From Abditibacteriaceae bacterium (GTDB lineage: Bacteria; Armatimonadota; Abditibacteriia; Abditibacteriales; Abditibacteriaceae), in assembly GCA_031372065.1 (NCBI GenBank), contig JANMKN010000156.1:1-11839 (forward strand): 11,839 nucleotides of DNA, written 5' to 3'. The translations under genes were made by a program, and so were the position numbers. This document shows positions 1 through 5,967 of this stretch, in pieces (the first letter of the stretch is position 1; every line of letters starts with the position of its first letter). Under the pieces are notes generated by a model. It did no database searches, was not told the origin of the DNA, and was given only the letters and a program-made list of their open reading frames with translations.

Positions 1-177
1 GTGGACGAAAAAAGCGAAGGCGAGCGCGTTTTTATCATGGATTTGGCGCCCAACGCCGACGCCCGCGAAGAAGCGGCGCGCTTATGTGTCAACGAAGGCT
101 GGGGCCTGCTCGAATTGCATCGCGCCCGCCGCAGTTTAGAAGAGATTTTCTTGGAATTAACGACAATTGATGAGTGA
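1..177 (+). CDS. 3' fragment of an ABC transporter ATP-binding protein (GldA-like ABC-2 ATPase); truncated by the window start and absent from the ORF track
   Basis: Frame 1 reads VDEKSEGERVFIMDLAPNADAREEAARLCVNEGWGLLELHRARRSLEEIFLELTTIDE* (TGA 175-177). The terminal SLEEIFLELT is typical of ABC-2/DrrA-type ATPase C-termini, and an ABC-2 permease lies directly downstream. Confidence 0.85.
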   Translation: MDEKSEGERVFIMDLAPNADAREEAARLCVNEGWGLLELHRARRSLEEIFLELTTIDE

Positions 178-283
178 GCGATTAGCTGTTAGCGATTAGC
201 TGTTAGCTCCAGACATTCTCTGTTGCTAAAAGCTAAAAGCTAAAAGCTAATCGCTCATAGCTAAAAGCTAACAGCTAAAATCT
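175..283. repeat. Inverted heptamer tandem array 1 (TTAGCNN left arm, GCTAANN right arm)
   Basis: Left arm 175-207 is TGAGCGA TTAGCTG TTAGCGA TTAGCTG TTAGC, followed by a 17-nt spacer. Right arm 225-280 is GCTAAAA x3, GCTAATC, GCTCATA, GCTAAAA, GCTAACA, GCTAAAA. Positions 175-186 are the exact reverse complement of 246-257. Confidence 0.95.
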
Positions 284-1009
284 ATGAACAAAATCGGACT
301 TATCGCTTGGCGAGAATTGCGCAGCTATTTTGCAACGTGGCTGGCGTATGCACTGCTGTCGGGTTGGCTGCTCATCACGGGCATTGCCTTTTATCTGACA
401 TTACTTGGCTCCTCGCAACCACCATTTAGTTTCAGTTTGCAGGGTCTTTTTAATTTCTTGCTGGTCATAATGATGTTCATCGCGCCTATGCTCACGATGC
501 GACTTATTGTCGAGGAGCGCAATCAGTCCACACTGGAACTTCTGCATACATCGCCGATTACCGAATGGCAGGTGGCGTTAGGAAAGTTCTTCGGCGCGTG
601 GGGATTTATGGGCGTGATGCTGCTGCTGACCAGCTATGTGCCGTTCTTCGCCTTGAAATACGGTTCTATTGATACAGGCCCGCTATGGGGCGGCTATATT
701 TTGTTAGTGTGTGCAGGCGCTGCTTTTGTCTCGTTTGGTTTGTTTTGCTCGTCCGTTACGGCCAGTCAAGTGGTGGCCGGGTTTTTAACTTTTGGAGGGC
801 TGATTTTTTCATTGCTGCTGGCGAATTTGGGACAGAACCCTAATGCCACTGACTTTATGTCATTTCTGAGCCAGTTTTCCGTGGCGTCACATTTTGAACT
901 GATGCTTCAAGGCGCTATGGATAGCAAAGATTTGATATTTTTCGCGAGCGTCACGCTGTTTTTTCTGTATTTAACGGTGCGTTCGCTGGAAAGCCGCAAA
1001 TGGAATTGA
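284..1009 (+). CDS. ABC-2 type transporter permease (GldF-like)
   Basis: 241 aa with about 6 hydrophobic segments. N-terminal IAWRELRSYF and the TMRLIVEERNQSTLELLHTSPI...ALGKF motif match ABC-2/GldF permeases. Confidence 0.92.
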   Translation: MNKIGLIAWRELRSYFATWLAYALLSGWLLITGIAFYLTLLGSSQPPFSFSLQGLFNFLLVIMMFIAPMLTMRLIVEERNQSTLELLHTSPITEWQVALGKFFGAWGFMGVMLLLTSYVPFFALKYGSIDTGPLWGGYILLVCAGAAFVSFGLFCSSVTASQVVAGFLTFGGLIFSLLLANLGQNPNATDFMSFLSQFSVASHFELMLQGAMDSKDLIFFASVTLFFLYLTVRSLESRKWN

Positions 1010-1028
1010 TTCCTGAATTCTGATAATC

Positions 1029-2669
1029 ATGGCAGAGAAATCCGAAACAACTTCAAAAATAAAATCACCGGTCGTAGTTTCTCCGTTGGCGCAGAATGCC
1101 GGTGCCTTTTTAGCGGTGGCCGTGTTGGCAACGGTGGGCGGCTTATTGGCCTACGGTTCGACGATGAAAGTGACTAATCCGTGGGTAATTGGCTGTTTAA
1201 TCGTTGGTTTTGTGGCACTCGCGGCGTGGTTTGTCGGGCGCTCGCAGCAAAAGGCCCTGCCGCGCGATCAATATGCAAAACAGCGCACACTAATCGGCAC
1301 GAACGCGCTGATTTCAACCTTGATGGTGTTTTTGCTGCTGGTCGGCATCAATTATGTGGCAACGCGGCGCCATAAGACGTTCGACTTGACCAGTAACAAA
1401 GTCAACACCTTAGCTGGTCAAACGCTCAAAGCACTCGGCAATTTGAAAGCGCCGGTGCAAATGACTTATGTTTACGCGCCGACTGCTGTAGAGCCGCAAA
1501 CTGTGGAAGCCAACAAAGCGCTGCTTAATAAATACAAGTTGGCTTCGGATAATGTGCGCGTGAAATTCGTCAACGCGGTCTTTGAGCCGGCGACCTTTCA
1601 AGATTTAAAGCTGGTCGGATTCACCGGGCGCCCCACAATTTTAATTAAGCCCGTTGACAAAGGAAAAAATAAAAACGTGCCGCACCAGCAAGTGGATGCG
1701 GTTGATGAATCGAATATCACTTCGGCCTTGTTAAAGTTGGGCAAAAACGAATCCCGCGTCTTGTATTACCTGACTGGTCATGGCGAATTGGGTTTTGATG
1801 GTGGGACTCTTGGTTCCAGCTACAATGCGGCGCGCTCCAAACTTTCGGAGCAGAATTACACGATCAAAGCACTTTCTTTGAATGGAAAAGGCGCGAAAAT
1901 CCCTGATGATGCCGCTGTTGTCACTGTGCTGGGGCCAAAAACCGATTTGTCTGCCACTGAAGAAAGCATCCTGAAAAAGTTTGTTGGAGGCAAAGGACAT
2001 TTGCTATTGGCCGTGCGGCAAACGGAAACGGTTTTGCCTCGCTGGAATAATCTTGCCCGTTTGTTGGGCGCGCAGATTTTAAGTGGTTTAGTCCATGACC
2101 CGGAGCAGTTTGTCGGGCGGTCATTTGAATTTGTTTACGGGCAGATTGCTGATCCGGCCAAACATCCCATTTTGGGTGGTGTTGGCGAAAATAGCAATAT
2201 CATTTTTCCCGGCGCTGTGCCCTTGAAAACCCTTGTCCCGGCACCAAAAGGTCTGACTGTGACAAATTTATTGGCTTCTTCTCCAGCCAGTCAATCGCTG
2301 CCTTCACGAAGTGGCGGCACATCCGAAGCAGGGCCATTTTCTTTGGTGGTCGCCAGCGAACACGCCAGTAGCGCGCCCGCTATGCCCGGCACAACGCCAG
2401 CATCGGAAATGCGCGGCTTAGTTGTCTGTAACGCGAACTTTGGCACCGATGAACTTTTTGCGGCTTCGGCCAACGGAAGTTTTCTTTTATCTTCGATTAA
2501 CTGGCTGTCCGGCAATGAATTATTGGTTTCGATTCCGCCCAAACCGCCCGTGACCAACACGATTGACATGACACCCGGCGTGCGTCGCTTCGCCAATGTT
2601 TTTGCGCTGTTTACTATGCCCATCATTATGCTCTTCATCGGCGGCGTGGTGTGGTGGAATAGGAGATAG
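1029..2669 (+). CDS. GldG-like ABC transporter auxiliary component (ABC_transp_aux / GIFT domain)
   Basis: 546 aa with three N-terminal TM segments, an FDLTSNKVNTL motif, a YYLTGHGE motif, IPDDAAVVTVLGPKTDL, a late NGSFLLSSINWL segment and a C-terminal TM ending WWNRR. It follows the GldF-like gene. Confidence 0.9.
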   Translation: MAEKSETTSKIKSPVVVSPLAQNAGAFLAVAVLATVGGLLAYGSTMKVTNPWVIGCLIVGFVALAAWFVGRSQQKALPRDQYAKQRTLIGTNALISTLMVFLLLVGINYVATRRHKTFDLTSNKVNTLAGQTLKALGNLKAPVQMTYVYAPTAVEPQTVEANKALLNKYKLASDNVRVKFVNAVFEPATFQDLKLVGFTGRPTILIKPVDKGKNKNVPHQQVDAVDESNITSALLKLGKNESRVLYYLTGHGELGFDGGTLGSSYNAARSKLSEQNYTIKALSLNGKGAKIPDDAAVVTVLGPKTDLSATEESILKKFVGGKGHLLLAVRQTETVLPRWNNLARLLGAQILSGLVHDPEQFVGRSFEFVYGQIADPAKHPILGGVGENSNIIFPGAVPLKTLVPAPKGLTVTNLLASSPASQSLPSRSGGTSEAGPFSLVVASEHASSAPAMPGTTPASEMRGLVVCNANFGTDELFAASANGSFLLSSINWLSGNELLVSIPPKPPVTNTIDMTPGVRRFANVFALFTMPIIMLFIGGVVWWNRR

Positions 2670-2735
2670 GTATTAGGTTTTGGAAGAATATTACAGCACT
2701 CAAAACCTAATACCTAAAACCCAAAACCTAAAATG
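2660..2735. repeat. Inverted heptamer tandem array 2 (TAGGTNT left arm, YAAAACC right arm)
   Basis: Left arm is TAGGAGA TAGGTAT TAGGTTT TG (2660-2682). Right arm is CAAAACC TAATACC TAAAACC CAAAACC TAAAATG (2701-2735). Positions 2667-2682 and 2701-2716 form a perfect 16-bp inverted repeat around an 18-nt loop. Confidence 0.92.
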
Positions 2736-4067
2736 AAATCTCTACGTTCTTCGCTTGCCTTGTTTCTCATCGTCGCGATTTTCGGCGCGTATATTTATTT
2801 CAACGAGCGCGGCCCGATTGCCGACAGCGGCGCGGTGGTGCTTTTGCGCACTGACCCCCAAAATGTCCAACAGATTACGCTGACTCAAGACACTGGGCCG
2901 CTGACTTTAAAAAAAGAAGGCGCAATCTGGAAAGTGCAACGCGACAAATCATCGTTTGCTGTGCCTGCTGATGATTCCGCTGTGCAAAATTTGCTGAAAG
3001 ACTTGCAACTACTTCAATCGCCGCAAGCGTTGGATGATGACCCCAAAAATCGCAAGGATTTTGGCTTGGAAAAACCGCTTGCTTCATTGCAGATGGCTAA
3101 CGCAAAAATAGAATTCGGCAAAGAGCCAAGTTTTGACGCCACCAAGGTTTATGCGCGTGTTTCGGCGGACAGCAAAACACAGGTCGCTTTGTTGCCCGAT
3201 TCGCTCAAAACCGCTGCCATCCGGCCTTTCGCCGATTGGCGCGACAAAGCGATTTTGCGCGTCTCGGCAGACAACGCCAAATCTATCAGCGTGAAAGCAC
3301 CCGCAATCACAGCTAATTTCGATAAATCGAAGGCCGGCGAGGAAAGCACGTCAAGTGAGTGGCAAGTCACAAATCCCGTAAACGCCAAAGCCGATGCCGG
3401 CATCATCGAAAGTTTGTTGACACAATTGACCAATACTTTGGCGCCGAAATTTTTCGATGATAATCCAAAATCGCTGAAGGATTGGGGCTTGGAAAAACCG
3501 CAAGCGCAAATCGCAATTGAAACAGCCGACGGCCCGCGCTCGTTGCTCGTCGGCAAGAAAACGGCGGGTGGCTATGCCGCGAAAAATTCGCTTTCTCCGG
3601 CGGTCTTTGAAGTGCCCGAATCGCTGTTTGGCCTGCTCAATCGCCCGCTACGCGATTGGCGCGATAAAAAAGTGCTGGAAGTCGAAACGGACAACCTTCA
3701 AACCGTGACCGTGACTTTTAAAGGCGCCACCAAAACCTTTAATCAAACGGAGAAAAAGTGGCGCGAAGTTGGCGCGAAAGTTGATGACTCCGCCACAGGC
3801 AAAGAAGCCGCCGATGCAATCAATCATGCGGTTATGGACTTGATTTTCGCCTTACAAGGCTTGGAAGCGCAGGACTTTGCCGACAATCAAAAGAGCGATA
3901 TGTTAAACAAACCGTGGGTGCAAATAAAGCTGGACAACACATCTTTGACAATTGCTGAAAAAGAAAAACTACTTGCGCAAGTCAATCGCAATTCGTTGCT
4001 GATTTTGCCCCTTTCGGCGCGTGACAGTTTGCAAAAGCCGCTCGATAAATTGTTCGCTATGCAGTAA
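2733..4067 (+). CDS. DUF4340 domain-containing membrane-anchored protein
   Basis: 444 aa with one N-terminal TM anchor and repeated DFGLEKP/DWGLEKP and DWRDK motifs. The position after a GldG-like gene is the usual DUF4340 context. Confidence 0.85.
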   Translation: MKSLRSSLALFLIVAIFGAYIYFNERGPIADSGAVVLLRTDPQNVQQITLTQDTGPLTLKKEGAIWKVQRDKSSFAVPADDSAVQNLLKDLQLLQSPQALDDDPKNRKDFGLEKPLASLQMANAKIEFGKEPSFDATKVYARVSADSKTQVALLPDSLKTAAIRPFADWRDKAILRVSADNAKSISVKAPAITANFDKSKAGEESTSSEWQVTNPVNAKADAGIIESLLTQLTNTLAPKFFDDNPKSLKDWGLEKPQAQIAIETADGPRSLLVGKKTAGGYAAKNSLSPAVFEVPESLFGLLNRPLRDWRDKKVLEVETDNLQTVTVTFKGATKTFNQTEKKWREVGAKVDDSATGKEAADAINHAVMDLIFALQGLEAQDFADNQKSDMLNKPWVQIKLDNTSLTIAEKEKLLAQVNRNSLLILPLSARDSLQKPLDKLFAMQ

Positions 4068-4090
4068 AGCCGAACAAAGCAAAGGAATTC

Positions 4091-4912
4091 ATGAAATTTG
4101 GTATTTGTTGCGGCCCCGGTTCGTTTGCGCCGCAGGTTGAAGGACAGACACTTTCGGCGTTGCCGCGTTTGATGGAAGTCATGCAGGCAGCAGGCGCCGA
4201 TTATGTGGAATTTGGCGTAAGCGCTGTGATGGGCAGCGAAAGCGAATTCGCGCAACTGCAAAATGCTTTGGCGCCGCTGCCTTTGAAAGTAGAAGCGTTC
4301 AATTCTTTTATTCCGGCGAACCATCGCATCACCGGGCCGGATGTGCATTTGGATGAAGTTATCGCTTATTGTCGCACCGCGCTCACGCGTTGCAAGGCGC
4401 TCGGCGGCGCGGTTGTGGTTTTGGGCAGCGGCGGCGCGAGGCGCGTGGCCGAAGGCTTCGAGCGTGAAAAAGCCTTAGGACAATTCGTGGAATTTGGCCG
4501 CGCACTTGGCCCTGTTGCCGAAGAAATCGGCATTGACATTGCCATAGAGCCGCTGAATAAGAACGAGGATAATTTAATTAACACCGTTAAGCATGGCGCT
4601 CAGTTAGTGGATGAAATCGGCCAGTCGCGCATTCAGCTTTTGGCGGATTTGTATCATATGTTTGCCGATGGCGAATCGTTGTATTCGGTGACAGCGGCGG
4701 GGGCGAAATTAAAGCACACCCATGTCGCCGATTTAGGACGCGTGGCGCCCGGTTATGCGTCTGGCGGCGAAGCAAATTTCCAAGGATTTTTTCGTGAATT
4801 GAAAGCGATTGGTTATAGCGAACGCTGTTCATTTGAAGGCAGTAGCCACGATTTGGCAGCACAGGCGAAGCCAATGCTTGATTTACTGAAAGCACGCTGG
4901 GCGCACTCCTAA
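4091..4912 (+). CDS. Sugar phosphate isomerase/epimerase family protein (xylose isomerase-like TIM barrel; D-tagatose/psicose 3-epimerase-like)
   Basis: 273 aa with the metal-binding motifs IAIEPLN, DLYHM, HTHVAD and SFEG. AAGGA lies just upstream of the ATG. Confidence 0.9.
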   Translation: MKFGICCGPGSFAPQVEGQTLSALPRLMEVMQAAGADYVEFGVSAVMGSESEFAQLQNALAPLPLKVEAFNSFIPANHRITGPDVHLDEVIAYCRTALTRCKALGGAVVVLGSGGARRVAEGFEREKALGQFVEFGRALGPVAEEIGIDIAIEPLNKNEDNLINTVKHGAQLVDEIGQSRIQLLADLYHMFADGESLYSVTAAGAKLKHTHVADLGRVAPGYASGGEANFQGFFRELKAIGYSERCSFEGSSHDLAAQAKPMLDLLKARWAHS

Positions 4913-4969
4913 ACAATGCTACTTGGAAACGTGAGGAATGTCGCAAGTGCGCTACACTGCCTTCCCGCG

Positions 4970-4997
4970 AAGGCCAAAAACGTTTGGCCTTTATTTT
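4970..4997 (+). terminator. Possible intrinsic terminator or hairpin after the ABC-epimerase unit
   Basis: AAGGCCAAA-aacg-TTTGGCCTT (4970-4991) followed by TATTTT. Confidence 0.5.
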
Positions 4998-5044
4998 GCG
5001 AAACACCTGCGAACTGGGTTGAATCAACCTTCAAGGAGAAAATC

Positions 5045-5566
5045 ATGTCTGAAGAACACAATGGCTATTGGCGTGGCGTAGTGACGGGACTTTTGTTTGG
5101 CGCGGCGGCGGCTTTGTTGCTGACACCAAAGCGCGGCGAGGATTTGCGGCACGAAATTGCCGAAGGCGCGAGCCAGTGGAAAGACAAAGCGGGCGATGTC
5201 GGCTCGAATTTGAGCCAAAACGTCGGCCAAAAGGCGCAAGACTTAAAAGAACAAGGCGCCACTTTGGTTTCGCAGGCACGCGACAAAGGTGAGCATCTGC
5301 TCGCCGATGCCAACCACAAAGCGCAAGAAGTCAAAGAGCAGGTTGTCCATGTGGCTGCCGATTTGAAAACCAAAGCGCAAGACAAAATTGCAGGAATCAA
5401 AGACGACGCCAGCGATGTAGCGCAAGAGGCCACCGACAAAGCGCATGAAGTGGCTGAAAACATAGCGGATGGCGTCGAAGAGAAAGCCGATGACACCAAA
5501 GCCAAAGTCGCCAAGGCCAAAGACAGTGCCAAGGCCGATGCGTCCGAAGCGGCAAGCAAAGTCTGA
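5045..5566 (+). CDS. YtxH domain-containing protein with a long amphipathic LEA/apolipoprotein-like tail (173 aa)
   Basis: The start is reassigned from 4916 to ATG 5045 because AAGGAG precedes it. N-terminal GLLFGAAAALLLTPKRGEDLR is the YtxH signature, followed by A/K/D/E/Q-rich helical quasi-repeats. Confidence 0.9.
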   Translation: MSEEHNGYWRGVVTGLLFGAAAALLLTPKRGEDLRHEIAEGASQWKDKAGDVGSNLSQNVGQKAQDLKEQGATLVSQARDKGEHLLADANHKAQEVKEQVVHVAADLKTKAQDKIAGIKDDASDVAQEATDKAHEVAENIADGVEEKADDTKAKVAKAKDSAKADASEAASKV

Positions 5567-5578
5567 CAGCAAAAAATA

Positions 5579-5618
5579 AAAAAGGCGGCGAACAAAAAGT
5601 TCGCCGCCTTTTTGTTTT
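5579..5618 (+). terminator. Rho-independent terminator with bidirectional geometry
   Basis: AAAAAGGCGGCGAAC-AAAAA-GTTCGCCGCCTTTTT is a perfect 15-bp stem followed by GTTTT, starting 13 nt after the YtxH stop. Confidence 0.92.
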
Positions 5619-5750
5619 CTGGCACGCTTTATGCTTATTAGTAATATTGTCGTGTTCCGCTGCACTTCTCAACTCATTGTTTTAAAACAATTTTGACGAC
5701 AATGGAGAGAAAAATCAAAATGGCGGGCAAGTGGACAAGGAGTGAGGAAG

Positions 5751-5906
5751 ATGCTGAGAACAATCGCGTTGGTTTTGTTGGCGTTATGGGCGTTGGGTTT
5801 CATCGGATTTGGTTCCGCTGTTGGCTCGTTCATCCACATTTTGATCGTGGTGGCCATTGTGCTGTTCGTCATTGACCTGATTTCCGGTGGCCGCGCTGTT
5901 ACCTAA
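5751..5906 (+). CDS. lmo0937 family (DUF5670-like) small membrane protein, 51 aa; not in the ORF track
   Basis: Translates as MLRTIALVLLALWALGFIGFGSAVGSFIHILIVVAIVLFVIDLISGGRAVT*. It has two TM helices with the LWxLG...GxxIHILxVxAI family pattern, AAGGAG at 5737-5742 and a terminator directly downstream. Confidence 0.9.
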   Translation: MLRTIALVLLALWALGFIGFGSAVGSFIHILIVVAIVLFVIDLISGGRAVT

Positions 5907-5921
5907 TCGGAATAACCCAGA

Positions 5922-5955
5922 CAAAAAGGCCCGCTTTTTCAAGCGGGCCTTTTTG
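5922..5955. terminator. Bidirectional rho-independent terminator between the convergent small-protein gene and hppA
   Basis: CAAAAAGGCCCGCTT-TTTC-AAGCGGGCCTTTTTG is a perfect 15-bp stem with A and T tracts on both sides. Confidence 0.93.
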
Positions 5956-5967
5956 CGTTTGGGCATT

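Noticed and set aside
175..283. Repeat arrays (also 2660-2735 and 9359-9477) as CRISPR arrays
   Set aside because: The units are contiguous 7-mers with no unique spacers of about 30 nt, and there are no cas genes in the window.
284..2669. Calling these gliding-motility genes gldF and gldG
   Set aside because: Family similarity only. Homologues are widespread in non-gliding bacteria and no other gld/spr genes are visible, so the symbols were left blank.
2667..2716. Heptamer hairpins as intrinsic terminators
   Set aside because: No U-tract follows the stems on the coding strand, and arrays 1 and 2 sit between subunits of one apparent operon.
4916..5044. 43-aa N-terminal extension of the YtxH ORF
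   Set aside because: It crosses a hairpin-containing intergenic region, and the strong SD and family signature point to ATG 5045.
5669..5966. ORFs 5693-5875 (+), 5669-5872 (-) and 5784-5966 (-)
   Set aside because: They are shadow frames of the 51-aa membrane protein gene and its terminator, with no recognisable motifs.
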